Origin: Centroscyllium fabricii
Taxonomy: Eukaryota
Length of the DNA: 64,000 nucleotides
Assembly: GCA_051313645.2 (NCBI GenBank)
Contig: JBNRSN020000018.1
Coordinates: 54,870,001 to 54,934,000, forward strand
Reading direction: 5' to 3'
Below are positions 37,816-50,081 of the stretch, piece by piece. Made by a program: the position numbers and the translations under genes. The notes below the pieces were generated by a model that did not search any database, had not been told where the DNA came from, and saw only the letters and a list, made by a program, of their open reading frames with translations. The stretch's first letter is position 1, and the number at the start of each line of letters is the position of its first letter.

Positions 37816-38109
37816 AGAATGGATTCACCTCCAACCAAAAAAACAAGAAAAGGTAAGTGCGACCAACTAGTGACTATTCTTTTGGTGGGGTTAGTGTTGG
37901 CAAGCAGGATCTCTTGCTCCAAGTTGACAACTGCAAAAGAAGCTGGGAACCTTCTTCACAGATCTGGTAATCCAATATAATCCTCAGCTAAACAGGACTG
38001 CAGTAATCCAGGACACTGCAGCTGGATGACATGGCAGTCTGGCTGGAGCAGGAACCTGGAGAGATGAGTAAGTCACTGGGGGCTCGGATTCTTCTCTTAC
38101 TCAGCTCCA

Positions 38110-38280
38110 TATAGAAGATAGGAGCAGGAGTAGGCCATTCAGCCCCTTGAGCCTGCTCCGCCATTCAATGTGATCATGGCTGATCATCCAAACTCAGTAC
38201 CCTGTCCCTGCCTTGTCCCCATATCCCTTTAGCTTTAAGAGATATATCTAACTCCTTTTTGAATATATCCAACTCCTTCT
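38110..38280 (-). mobile_element. CR1 3' tail fragment
   Basis: Reverse complement of the CR1 tail at 44040-44210. Confidence 0.85.
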
Positions 38281-38592
38281 TAACCCAGCAAGCAAAAGAT
38301 AGGGTGATCCTAGCTGAACAAGCAGCAGCATGCTTACTGAGTCCAGTGCTGTGTGTAAACCGCCCTGTTGTCAAGTTATTCCTAAGCTTTCTGGATTTCG
38401 GTAAGTGGAATGTATCCCCTACAAGCAGAGTGTGCGTGCATGCAATCCATATCTGGAAATACTCAGCAGGCCACAGTAACTTGATTTGAAGACCAGGTAT
38501 GGTAGTGTGCACATACTGGGAGGACATAACACACTGAACAAGACGACAAGCAGTGGAATCTTATGTATGCATTAACAAACTTTACTGCTCAC

Positions 38593-38697
38593 CTGTCGGG
38601 TGCAAAGTTTTTTCAGGAGGGTTTCCACGTAGTTCCTGGCAATGCAGGATGAACTGACTGGATGATCCCAGAGGTGACAGATCTTCTGTCCAATAGT
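38593..38697 (-). CDS. GSAP: GSAP coding exon
   Basis: TAG|TIGQKICHLWDHPVSSSCIARNYVETLLKKLCTRQ|GTGAG; 105 nt, phase 0/0. Confidence 0.9.
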
Positions 38698-39257
38698 CTA
38701 TAACACAGAACATACCATTAGTTCAAAATCCAATATTAATCCAATAGCTTTTGCAGCATTTTTACAAAATTTCACTTAAAATTTAAACAAAACTTTTGCA
38801 AGTGGTAACCATCAACATTTGCCAAATTAGTTCAGAAATCCTTTCACTGAACTTTTAACTCAAGCGTTAACCAAACAATTAGACTGGTACAGAGGTTGCT
38901 CCCCATCTCTTTTTTTTATTGCGGAAGGCACTTACTCTTTGATTCTGCAAACTTAGCTCAGTTGGTAGCATTCTTGTGTCGAAGTCAGAGGTCTGAGTGT
39001 TCAAGATCCAGGACATGACTGCAGAATCTAGGCTGATGCTTGTAATTGTGCTAACGTTGAAGATCAAGTTGAGTTTAGGTAGAACGTTACCTCATAGATT
39101 GAGCAGATGGGTTAAAGTAGATTGTATATGGCTAGTAATAGGAATGGGTTTCATTGACTGAAAAGCCTTTTCTCATTTCATGCTTTATAAAAATAGTGAC
39201 TGTTGAGGAGTTAGAAAGAAGTGAAGAGAACACACCATTTTTGAGATGATCACATAC

Positions 39258-39319
39258 CTCTGGAATTCGTGTCACAATGCTAAACTTGAACCTTTCATTT
39301 GTCTCAGAATTATCAAGTT
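39258..39319 (-). CDS. GSAP: GSAP coding exon
   Basis: TTTCCAG|(x)LDNSETNERFKFSIVTRIPE|GTATG; 62 nt; joins the next exon in frame. Confidence 0.88.
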
Positions 39320-39478
39320 CTGGAAAGTAAGAAAAATATATACAATCAAAAGTAGCCCTAATAGCATTTGTAATTTTTTTTTAAAGCAACAAGTTCCATT
39401 TACCAAGAAACAATAAAAATGAAATAAAAGGTGCCAATATCAAGAACTGCATATCTTTTGGAATTTAATTCCCTATTA

Positions 39479-40314
39479 CAGGTACACAATCCTTTATCTG
39501 CAACTCCAAAAACCGAAAAGCTCCAAAAACCGAAGTCCAGGGTTGCGCCAAAATAACCATTTTATTCTTAAATAAATTGAAGGCAGCAGAAAAAATGTTT
39601 TTACCTTGAGTTCATGCTGTTGATGACGTGCTGAGGAAGGAGCAGCGCTCCGAAAGCTTGTGATTTCAAATAAAGCTGTTGGACTATAACCTGGTGTTGT
39701 GTGACTTCTCAAATTTGTCCACCCCAGTCCAACACCGGCATCTCCACAATCAGGAAAAAAACGTCCAATCTCCTGTTCCAAACGGACGATATGCCTGAAA
39801 CGTCAACTCTGCTCCTCCCTCCACCGATGCTGCCTGGCCTGCTGAGTTTCTCAGCGTTTTCTGTTGTTGTGGCCGATATGCCATTCCCGCTTGTAGAGCG
39901 TGCGCACTCGCACCACGTGAGCCGAGGCTATGTGTCTCCCTGGCAACGATTGTCCCAGCTGCACGGCTGCTCACCATAACCCGCGGTTTCACTTGTATAA
40001 TCTTTCCACCAAGGTACGACACGGATATTCCTCCAAATGAATTGTCTATATTCCCGGGCCCGCGGGAGAATCAGTACATAACTCGACGATTCCAGGCTTT
40101 GTTTAAAACTAATTGAAAAGGGACCGTCGTTGTATGTTGATAAATGTCATGTTTGGTAGTTATGTTCGTGGACATTTCGTATATATTCTGATTGCGAACT
40201 GGGCCGCAAACACGGAAATGCGCATGCGCACTGGGCCAACTCTAAAAACCGAAATTATCCGAAAACCGATACCCGCCCAGTCCCGAGGTTTTCCGAGAAA
40301 GGATTGTGTACCTG
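39479..40314. mobile_element. Tc1/mariner (pogo/Tigger-like) non-autonomous element containing Penelope-like fragments
   Basis: 17-bp TIR CAGGTACACAATCCTTT / AAAGGATTGTGTACCTG flanked by TA on both sides. Confidence 0.85.
39631..39750 (+). mobile_element. Penelope-like terminal fragment with a hammerhead-ribozyme-like core
   Basis: CTGAGGA-A-GGAGC-AGC-GCTCC-GAAA-GCTT followed by AATAAA; the same repeat recurs at 17385 and 50976. Confidence 0.6.
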
Positions 40315-40439
40315 TATTACTAATGGTCCCAGAACTGATGCATGCTAAAGTGAACCGTGAAACAGAAAAGTGCACAAGGAAATAGAAGCATTAACCAACA
40401 GAACAATGGCAGCTGAAATATAAAATAACAGTAAGTGTT

Positions 40440-40610
40440 AAGATATAGGAATGATAGATAGCAATTTAAAAATTTGAAGGGGAAACAATGCAGGGATATG
40501 GGAAAAGAGCAAGGGGAGTGGGACTAACTGGATTGCTCTTCGGAAGAGCTGGCGCAGACTCGATGGACTGAATGACCCCCTTCTGTGCTGTACTATTCTA
40601 TGATTCTATG
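40440..40610 (+). mobile_element. CR1 3' end fragment
   Basis: CR1-type 3' UTR ending in ATTCTATGATTCTATG. Confidence 0.7.
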
Positions 40611-40749
40611 GAAATACAGTCCAAATGGAGGAACATTGGGTGGGGTGGAAGATGAATAAAGGAATTTAGAAATCCAGTTGAACGCCATTAAAATTCAACT
40701 TGCAGGTATATAAAAAACAAATGGAATCAAAAAGGTTAATGATTCACTT

Positions 40750-41020
40750 TACATCCATCCAGTGTGCACCAATGACCTCAGCGCCCCTGTATATCCACCT
40801 GACTGAGGTACCAGAGAAGGATGCTTCCCATTTCCCCTCCTCTTTGCCCTGGCCATAGAACCCTTGACAAAATACGTCAGTGCGAACCAGGCGTCCAGAG
40901 TATTAACAGGAGGGACTGAACAGAAAATATCCCTGTACATTGATGACATACAATACGTTACCAACCCAATTATCTCACTCCTTAGCATCTTTCAAAGCAT
41001 TAAAACATTTGGGATAGGGC
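40750..41020 (+). mobile_element. L1/Tx1-like RT fragment (decayed)
   Basis: GGTACCAGAGAAGGATGC...CTCTTTGCCCTGGCCATAGAACCC resembles GTRQGCPLSPLLFALAIEP; KISLY follows. Confidence 0.6.
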
Positions 41021-42649
41021 CCACTGTGTGAACAATGAAACTTTTCCCAATTAGATACACACTGGCATTAAAGGTGGATTACCACCGTAATCTCCTGATT
41101 TCACTGACTGATGGTCAAATAGCAACCTGATAGATCATATATCTCAAGCTACAAAATACAAGTCAGGTTTATTAAGAAGTAAAATTAAACAAAAGAGCAA
41201 AACACAAACTCTCAGCAGTGATTACACTAAAGAAATATTTATGTCTTGCCGTTTCTTTTAAATTAATAAAACGTCTCAAGTTATGAGAATTACTGGAACT
41301 TTGAGACTCAAGTGGTGTTCCAGCTGCAGTTCATCAACTGCTTGACAAAGCAAAGATTCACGACAGAACTTTCAAACCGGACTTCAGAAATACATCCCCA
41401 TTTTGTTTTGAAATCCAAACTGGGACAAAAAGGAATATTCAAAAGGTAACTTTCACAATTTGCCAAAAACAGTGATTATACAAAGAATGCTCACTATTAA
41501 TCAGAGCTGACCCACTTTGAAATGTTTCTTCGTGACCGAGCTCGCAACCAAATTTGGTTTCAAAGGCACGGAGACAGCCTGATAAATATTATCTAAACAA
41601 TCCACTCCTCCGCAGGACAAAGCAGTGCTGAGCATCTGGTAAACAGGACCCCCGTGTTGGGACAATCAGAGTTAATAAACTGGCTCTTTGTCATGTTTAA
41701 TATAACCAGCCAACCATTCTAGACCAAACAAGGAACTATTTCAGAGAAAACCATATAAATCAACATGAAAATAACTCCCTTTCAAGCAATACCATTACAT
41801 TAAACATATCTCCCAATACAGACACTTGGGACTCTTGAATTAGATGACATTTCAGCTCCACTACCTTGCTCAGAAGAACAATAGTAGTATTAAGCATTGT
41901 GAAGAACTTATATCCTTCGTATAGCTTAGTAACAGTGGTGGCATAATTTGCTTACAGTGCTCAGGATTAATTATTTTTATTTCACTTAGTATATTGTACA
42001 GCTCTATAAGGTGCTCTCTTATTCACCGCCTTTCAAGGGTGAAGAGTCGAAGTTATTTTAACTTTACCGCATTACTTAGTTTGGAGTATTGCGGACCTGC
42101 TTGGCTAAGCATTAGATTATCAAGGCTACCAGAGAATTCCAAACTTCCATCATCAAGTCTGCCATCTTGAAGCCACTTTTACCACAAAGAAATTCTGCTT
42201 ACCTCTCCTCAGAGTATAATCACCAGTTGGTCATTAGACAAAGGACAAGTGTAGGTTTGAGCCCTGGCTAGCTGAACGGCAGGTACAGCGATTTCCGCAT
42301 CAAGTGGCACGATGGGCAGCAAAACTCACCATAAAACATGGGAGTCCATTACCGTCACACCACACCCATTAAGCAATGCTTTCACCAGTTGGAGATAAAC
42401 AGCTCCAGCAGCAATGGATTGCCTCGCCATCACCGTGGAGAGGGGGCAATTACAACATGGCAAGTTTAGTTAGCAAGTTTCCATTATAAAAGGGCAGAAT
42501 GTATGACTTTCAAACGGCAGATGAAATACATCTTTGGGGGGGGGGGGAAAGAGAGAGAAAGAGACATACCTGGGGGGGTGGGAAGGGAGAGACCTCGGGG
42601 GGGGGGGGGGGGGAGAAAGAGAGACTGAGACCTGGGGGGGGGGGGAAGG

Positions 42650-44212
42650 GAGACACCTAGAGTACTTAAGGAAGTGGCCCTAGAAATAGTAGATGCATTG
42701 CAGGTCACCTTCCAAAATTCGATAGACTCTGGAACAGTACCCATGGATTGGAGGGTAGCTAATGTTCCCCCACTGTTCAAAAAAGGTGGTAGAGAGAAAA
42801 TGGGGAATTACAGACCGGTAAGCCTGACATCGGTAGTGGGGAAAATGCTAGAGTCCATTATAAAAGATGTAACAGCAAAGCACTTGGAAAACAGTGACAG
42901 GATCGGACAAAGTCAACATGGATTTACAAAGGGTAAATCGTACTTGACTAATCTACTGGAATTTTTTGAGGATGTAACTGGTAAAATAGATAAGGGAGAA
43001 CCAGTGGATGTGGTGTATTTGAACTTTCAAAAGGTGTTCGATAAGGTCCCGCATAAGAGATTAGCATGTAAAATTAAGGCACATGGGATTGGGGGTAAGG
43101 TATTGACTTGGATAGAGAACTAGTTGGCAGACAGGAAGCAAAGAGTTGGAATAAATGGGTCTTTTTCCGAGTGGCAGGCAGTGACTAGTGGGGTACTGCA
43201 GGGATCGGTCCTTGGACCCCAGCTATTCACAGTATATATTAATGATCTGGATGAGAGAACTAGGTGTAATATCTCCAAATTTGCAGACAACACAAAGCTG
43301 GGTGGGCGTGTGTGCTGTGAGGAGGATGCCGAGAAACTCCAGTATGATTTGGACAGGTTGGGTGATTGAGCAGAAGCATGGCAGATGCAATATAACATGG
43401 ATAAATGTGAGGTTATCCACTTTGGTGTCAAAAACGGGAAGGCAGATTATTATCTGAATGGCAATAGATTGGGAGAAGGGGAAGTGCAACGAGACCTGGG
43501 TGTCCTTGTGCACCAGTCACTGAAGGTAAGCATGCAGATGCAGCAGGCAGTTAAGGCGGCAAATGGTATGTTGGCCTTCATAGCGAAGGGGTTTGAGTAC
43601 AGAAACAGGGATGTCTTGCTGCAGTTGTAAAGGGCCTTGGTGAGACCACACCTTGAGTATTGTGTGCAGTTTTGGTCGCCTTATCTGAGGAAGGATGTTC
43701 TTGCCAGGGAGGGAGTGCAGCAAAAATTCACCAGGCTGATACCTGGGATGGCAGGAATGATGTACAAGGAGAGATTGGGTCGACTGGGCTTGTACTAGCT
43801 GGAGTTTAGAAGAATGAGAGGGGCTCTCATTGAAACTTAGAAACTTCTAAAAGGGACTAGACAGACTAGATGCAGGAAGGATGTTCCCCAGGGTCGGGGA
43901 GTCCAGAACCAGGGGTCACAGTCCAAGGATAAGGGGTAAGCCATTTAGGACAGAGATGAGGAGGAATTTCTTCACCGAGAGAGTGGTGAACCTGTGGAAT
44001 TCTCTACCACAGAAGGCAGTTGAGGCCAATTCATTAAATATATTTAAGAAGGAGTTAGATATATTCCTTAAGGCTAAAGGAATCAAGGGATATGGGGACG
44101 GGGCAGGAATAGGGTACTGAATTTGGATGATCAGCCATGATCTCATTGAATGGCAGAGCAGGCTCGAGGGGCCGAATGGCCTACTCCTGCTCCTATCATC
44201 TATGTTTCTATG
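42650..44212 (+). mobile_element. 5'-truncated CR1 LINE (RT to 3' tail)
   Basis: NYRPVSLTSVVGKMLE, QGSVLGPQLF, KFADN, and tail ATGTTTCTATG; several stops. Confidence 0.93.
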
Positions 44213-45064
44213 CTTTGGGGGTCCAGCAATTGCTCAAACCTTAAGATAAAAGAGGAAGAATGTAGTAACGTTTAGGCTCAGAAAAGTGTAGCATAGCAAG
44301 AAACAAGAGTCAGAAAGTAAGTATATTTTGTTAATGACAGGCTGTTGCAAAGTTATGTAACTTTAGACTTTTTATTCCAGCGGAGTAGGGTAGATTATCT
44401 CATTTGACGTAGCATACAGATCAACAAATATTCATGAAGAAATAAAAAAATGACTCCAAAATGCAACAAATAAAGTGCCAAAAATCAAAATCAAACCTCC
44501 CCTTCTCAAGTCTATGACTATGAATTTATGTTACAAATATTTGCTTTTATTTGTTACAGAGCAAACCACAATTTAAGCAGCAGGCATACGGAAAGTTCGA
44601 ACAACCAAAGGCAGCAAGGTCAGAAAACGTGATGTCATTGTGGCTGGATACCAGCCCAGCTATCCTTTCAGTTGGCTTCCAGATGTCAGGAAGTATGGAG
44701 TTGTAACTGGGAACAATTTTTTTTTAATGAAAATATACCACAGAATTGTTCGATTAAAATCACTGCACAAGCTTTCCAATAAACTGTACTACTTCTGGCA
44801 AAGCAAACTGGGGAGAAAGTACATTCAAAACAAAATTAACATTCTCCCCCAGGCCACATGCCACTTCTCGGGCTGCGAGGATGTGCAGGTAATCTTCATG
44901 ACTTTTTCCTCAATGTGGCCATCAGAATTGTGCAATTGAAAATTTGTTTGAAAAAATGTTTATAAAGTACAAGAATTTTAAATCCCCTTTATGCTAGTAG
45001 TGAGCCAAGGTGTGCGAGGTCACCAACTCTCATGACTACATTTTTTTTGTATGAACTACAGTAT

Positions 45065-48000
45065 TGTTGAGGCCTGCAAGGCTGAAGGACCACGCTGGAC
45101 ACAGAGAGGTTGAATGCAGAGTTTTTATTAACTACTTGTTACAGCTAGGGCCAGGTAGGGAGAAAGAGAGAGAGCCACCTGGCTCTCAGATATTTAAAGG
45201 TCCCGCGGCTGGGGACGTCACTGCCGGCTGGCCACCTGGTGACGTCATCACGTCGGGGAAGTCCGTGCGTCCTCCGACGGGCGGGGCCGCTTTGCAGCCT
45301 TCCCAGCGCGGGTTCGTGGCTGCCGGTGGGCGTGTCGCCACACAGCTCCCCCCCAGAATCCGCGAGGGGAAGTGTAGTTTCCTAGAGGAGAGGGAGACAA
45401 AAAGGAGAGCAGACACACATTTCGATTACACACAGAATGTCCGACAGTTTGCCGCAATGGCCTGGTGTTGTGGCCGGCAGGTGTTGTGTGCTGTTCCGTG
45501 GTTCGAAAGATGGTGTTGTGGCGGGCCGTCTATGCTCTGCCCGTGTCGCCTCAGGCGAGGCGCTTAGGTGGCCTGATGGTACGGCCGGCACGTGTGATGT
45601 GTTGCTTGTTGGTCTGTGTGGGAGTGTGGGCGGGTTTTGGTGCGGTAGGGCGGCCGCGTTTAGGTGGTTGTGCGGGGACTGTTGTCTCGCCCGCCATTAC
45701 GTGTGCTGGTTTGAGCCGGTCAATGGATACGGTCTCAGTTCTGTTGCCCATTTGAATGTCAAAAGTCTTGGGTCCCGCCCGAAGCACTCTGAATGGCCCG
45801 TCGTACGGTGCCTGCAGCGGTGCTTTGTGAGAGTCGTGGCGGACAAACACGTACTTGGCGTCCTGAATGGTGTTGGGGACGCGTGTCGCCGGTTGACCGT
45901 GGCGGGCCACCGGAAGTGGTTTGAATTCTGCTGCCTGGTTGTTGAATTCCCTGAGGCAGCGCTCGGCCGACCAGGGTTCGTTTGTTTCTGCGACGAACTC
46001 GCCTGGTACGGTTAGTGGTTGGCCGTAAACGAGTTCGGCTGCCGAGGCGTGTAGATCTTCTTTGGCCGCTGTGCGGAGGCCGAGCATTACCCAGGGCAGG
46101 CGGTCCGTCCAGGTTGCGTCCTGGAGGCTGGCCCGCAGGGATGTTTTAAAAGTTCGGTGGAACCGTTCGCAGAGGCCGTTGGCTTGCGGGTGGTAGGCAG
46201 TGGTTCGGTGCAGGGTTACCCCAAGGTCGTGAGCGATGGTTGACCATAGAGTTGAAGTGAATTGGGGGCCCCTGTCTGAAGTAATGTCGTTGGGGACGCC
46301 GAAGCGGGCGACCCAGGTGGCGATGAAGGCCCTGGCCAGTTCGGCGGTGGTGGTCGTGTTGAGGGGGACCGCTTCAGGCCAGCGGGTGGTGCGGTCGACC
46401 ATTGTGAGGAGGTACAAGTGTCCACGTGATGGGGGTAGTGGTCCAACCAGGTCGATGTGCACGTGGCTGAAGCGTCTGGCTGGGATGGCGATTGGTTGGA
46501 GCGGTGCTTTGATGTGTTTGTGCACCTTGGCTCGCTGGCAGGCATTGCACGAGGTGGTCCAGGCGCGGACATCTTGTTTTAGGCCGCGCCAAACGAATCG
46601 CGCAGAGATGAGCTTGGTGGATGCGCGGACGCCGGGGTGGAAGAGGCCGTGGAGGGTCTGGAAGATGTGCTGCCTCCACGCGAGTGGCACCACGGGCCTG
46701 GGTTGGGGCAGGGTGACGTCGCAGCGGACCGCCGTGGCTGTGGGTCCGTGTGCTACGGTGGCCAAGAGTAGGCCGGGAAGTTTGTTGGTGGGGTCGAGGA
46801 GGTCGGGATCGCTGAGTTGGTCGGCCGCCATTTTGACGTAGTCGACCGCGGTCTGGACAGTGTTGGTGGTTGGGAATGCGCAGCAGTGTGCGCAGGCGCG
46901 GTTGGTGGCTGGGGTTGGGGGGTGGTCGGCGGTTTGGGTGCCGGTTGTGCCTGCGCTGCTGATGGCGGGGCCCGCGGGGTGGTCGGGGTTGGGCTTGTGA
47001 ATGGCGGGTCGTGAGAGGCAGTCGGCGACCACGTTGTCGCGGCCGGCAATGTGCTGGATGTCGGTCGTGAACTCGGACACGGCCGCGAGCTGGCGCTGCT
47101 GCCTGGCCGACCAGGGTTCGGAGAGCTTAGCCATTGCGGAGACTAATGGTTTGTGGTCCACAAATGCTGTAAAGTGGCGGCCCTCTAAAAGGAAGCGGAA
47201 GTGGCGCACTGCGAGGTAGAGAGCGAGTAGCTCCCTATCGAAGGCGCTGTACTTGACCTCTGGGGGCCGGAGGCGGCGGCTGAAAAAGGCCAGTGGTTGC
47301 CATGAGTCGCCCGACCACTGCTCGAAGACTGCTCCGACAGCGTGGTCAGAGGCGTCGGTGGTGAGGGCTACTCTGGCGTTGGGCCTGGGGTGGCTGAGGA
47401 GGGTGGCTTTGGCAAGGGCCGTTTTGGTTGCGGTGAAAGCGGTGGCGGCTTCGGCCGTCCACTCGACCGCGGTCTTGTTGGATTGCCCGTGGGTGGCCTG
47501 GTAGAGGGGGGCCATGAGGGCGGCTGCGCCGGGGATGAAACGGTTGTAAAAATTAACCATTCCAAGGAATTCCTGCAGCCCCTTGATGGAGTGCGGGCGG
47601 GGGAATTCCTGGACCGCCTGCACCTTGGAGGGCAGGGGTATGGCCCCGGTGTGGGAGATGTGGTGGCCGAGGAAGTCAATAGCCTCGAGGCCGAATCGGC
47701 ACTTGGAGGGGCTTAATATGAGGCCGTGGTCGGCCAGGCGTTTAAAAAGGGTTCTGAGGTGGATGAGGTGTTCCCGGGGGGAGGCGCTGGCCACCAGGAT
47801 GTCGTCGAGATAGACGAATGTGAACTGGAGGTCCCGGAGGACTGAGTCCATGAGGCGCTGGAAAGCCTGGGCCGCGTTTTTGAGTCCGAAGGGCATCCGG
47901 AGAAATTCAAATAGGCCGAATGGGGTGATGACGGCTGTCTTAGGGACATCCGCCGGGTGCACTGGAACTTGGTGGTAGCCCCGTACCAGGTCGATCTTTG

Positions 48001-49872
48001 AAAAGACCGTGCAGCCGGCTAGCCTCACGGAAAAATCCTGGATGTGGGGGACTGGGTACCTATCCGGGGTGGTGGCGTTGTTGAGGCGGCGGTAGTCTCC
48101 GCAGGGGCGCCAGCCGCCATCGGGTTTAGGGGCAATGTGGAGGGGGGAGGCCCAGGGGCTGCTGGAGCGGCGGATGATGCCGAGCTGTTCCATGATGTGA
48201 AACTCGGCTCGAGCGATCTCTAGCTTGGCCGGGTCCAGCCTGCGTGCGTGGGCGTGGACCGGGGGGCCTGTGGTGGTGATGTGGTGCTCTACGCTGTGCT
48301 TGGCGGAGCGGGCTGTGAAGGTGGGGTTGGTTAGGGTGGGGAACTCGGCGAGCAGCGTGGCGTACGTGTCGGAGTTGCGGGCCCGGCAGTGAGCTGCCGC
48401 GTGGGTCTGGTGTGCTGGGGCTGTGGAGCACGGAATGGTCGACATGATTTGGATGTCGACCAGGCGGCGCCGGGTAACATCGACAAGGAGCCCGTGGGCG
48501 CACAGAAAGTCGGCTCCGAGTAGGGGCGTGTTAACCTGCGCGGTGATGAAGTCCCACGTATACCTGTGGCCTGCTAGTTTAATGGTAAGCTGGCGGGTAC
48601 CGAACGTGAGTATCTCGGAGCCGTTTGCGGCTTCGAGTGGTGGGCCTTGGGTGCCCTGCTTGGATTCTGCGGGGGAGGCTGGCACGATGCTGTGCTGCGC
48701 GCCTGTGTCGCAGAGGAAACGGAGGCCTGAGACACTGTCTGTAACGAAGAGCAGCGCTCCGGAGCGGCCGACGCACATGGTGGGGCTGGGGCAGGTTTGG
48801 GGTTTGAAGTTGCAGGGCGGAACGCAGCGCTGCGCTTTGGCCTCAAACCTGGTATGGTAGTAGCACCAGCCGGTTGCCGCGGTGCGTGGCTTTTTGTGGG
48901 TCCGCGCGGCTCTGAGTTGGGGCCGGGGTTGTGGTTGGTGCTGCTCTTGTTGAGCGGCAGCGTGGCGGTGCATGGTGGCGCGGGTGCGCTCGGCCTTAAT
49001 GAGCTTGTCTGCCTCCTGAGCTAGCTGCCTGTTTGAGAGGTGCTCCAAGACCGTCAGTGTCGGTCTGATGGAGGGCGGCAGCTTAAGGAGGTAGAGGGCG
49101 CGCTTAAGGGTGTCTGAGTCGCGATTAAGCGCCTCGAACTGGGCCCACAAGTCGGTGGGGTCTGCATCTCCCAGGTCGGGGAGGTTAATGACCTGGCAAT
49201 CGCGCTCGAAAATGGTTGGGGTAAATTTTGCGAGCAGCGCGGCCTTTAGCGATTCGTACCTGCCAGCAGAAGTGTCTTCCTCGATGGTGTCCCACATTCT
49301 GTCGATGGTGGACTGTGCGAGGGCTGCGAAGAGCAGGCTGTAGCGGTCGTCTGCGTGCACGCCATGAATGCGGAAGGTGTTCTCGGTGTTGCGAAACCAA
49401 GCCGCTGGACGGAGCTCCCAGAATTGTGGTATGGTTGGGACCGGGAGGTAAACTTGGCCCCGTCTGCCTTGGCGTGCTGAGTCGGTTGCTGCTGGCATGG
49501 TGGTAGCGATTCGGCTGCGGCAGCTTGTCCCTCAGTCCTGCAGTGGCTGCTTCATTGTTCACCTGAGAAACGTCTCAGGTATCGGGGTCACCAGTGTTGA
49601 GGCCTGCAAGGCTGAAGGACCACGCTGGACACAGAGAGGTTGAATGCAGAGTTTTTATTAACTACTTGTTACAGCTAGGGCCAGGTAGGGAGAAAGAGAG
49701 AGAGCCACCTGGCTCTCAGATATTTAAAGGTCCCGCGGCTGGGGACGTCACTGCCGGCTGGCCACCTGGTGACGTCATCACGTCGGGGAAGTCCGTGCGT
49801 CCTCCGACGGGCGGGGCCGCTTTGCAGCCTTCCCAGCGCGGGTTCGTGGCTGCCGGTGGGCGTGTCGCCACA
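45065..49872 (-). mobile_element. Intact full-length Gypsy copy E (YLDD, tRNA-Trp PBS)
   Basis: 278-bp LTRs at 45065-45342 and 49595-49872, identical by eye. 4-bp TSD GTAT. PBS TGGTGACCCCGA at 49593-49582. PPT GGGGGGGAGCTG. Confidence 0.97.
45551..49498 (-). CDS. Gag-Pol polyprotein (1315 aa) of copy E
   Basis: Uninterrupted ORF: Gag knuckle, LCDTGA, YLDD, RNase H, HHCC and DDE integrase, GPF motif. Confidence 0.95.
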   Translation of the reverse strand: MPAATDSARQGRRGQVYLPVPTIPQFWELRPAAWFRNTENTFRIHGVHADDRYSLLFAALAQSTIDRMWDTIEEDTSAGRYESLKAALLAKFTPTIFERDCQVINLPDLGDADPTDLWAQFEALNRDSDTLKRALYLLKLPPSIRPTLTVLEHLSNRQLAQEADKLIKAERTRATMHRHAAAQQEQHQPQPRPQLRAARTHKKPRTAATGWCYYHTRFEAKAQRCVPPCNFKPQTCPSPTMCVGRSGALLFVTDSVSGLRFLCDTGAQHSIVPASPAESKQGTQGPPLEAANGSEILTFGTRQLTIKLAGHRYTWDFITAQVNTPLLGADFLCAHGLLVDVTRRRLVDIQIMSTIPCSTAPAHQTHAAAHCRARNSDTYATLLAEFPTLTNPTFTARSAKHSVEHHITTTGPPVHAHARRLDPAKLEIARAEFHIMEQLGIIRRSSSPWASPLHIAPKPDGGWRPCGDYRRLNNATTPDRYPVPHIQDFSVRLAGCTVFSKIDLVRGYHQVPVHPADVPKTAVITPFGLFEFLRMPFGLKNAAQAFQRLMDSVLRDLQFTFVYLDDILVASASPREHLIHLRTLFKRLADHGLILSPSKCRFGLEAIDFLGHHISHTGAIPLPSKVQAVQEFPRPHSIKGLQEFLGMVNFYNRFIPGAAALMAPLYQATHGQSNKTAVEWTAEAATAFTATKTALAKATLLSHPRPNARVALTTDASDHAVGAVFEQWSGDSWQPLAFFSRRLRPPEVKYSAFDRELLALYLAVRHFRFLLEGRHFTAFVDHKPLVSAMAKLSEPWSARQQRQLAAVSEFTTDIQHIAGRDNVVADCLSRPAIHKPNPDHPAGPAISSAGTTGTQTADHPPTPATNRACAHCCAFPTTNTVQTAVDYVKMAADQLSDPDLLDPTNKLPGLLLATVAHGPTATAVRCDVTLPQPRPVVPLAWRQHIFQTLHGLFHPGVRASTKLISARFVWRGLKQDVRAWTTSCNACQRAKVHKHIKAPLQPIAIPARRFSHVHIDLVGPLPPSRGHLYLLTMVDRTTRWPEAVPLNTTTTAELARAFIATWVARFGVPNDITSDRGPQFTSTLWSTIAHDLGVTLHRTTAYHPQANGLCERFHRTFKTSLRASLQDATWTDRLPWVMLGLRTAAKEDLHASAAELVYGQPLTVPGEFVAETNEPWSAERCLREFNNQAAEFKPLPVARHGQPATRVPNTIQDAKYVFVRHDSHKAPLQAPYDGPFRVLRAGPKTFDIQMGNRTETVSIDRLKPAHVMAGETTVPAQPPKRGRPTAPKPAHTPTQTNKQHITRAGRTIRPPKRLA

Positions 49873-50081
49873 GTATATTATATCTTTAATAAACATTCTG
49901 GATATTGCAATCTCTGATTGAAATGTTGTTTATGTCTCCCTCACTATAAAACATATTTTAAAGTATTATTTTATAATCCCCAAAATGGATTTATGGTTTT
50001 CAAAGGGCTGAGATCTTTACTTTAAAGCTCACACAATATACAGGCTCTTTGCAAAGCATTATACCAGCCATATGCTAAAGT

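Noticed and set aside
42190-42330. Possible further GSAP exons (minus-strand GT donors)
   Set aside because: No translation resembling the expected upstream GSAP peptide.
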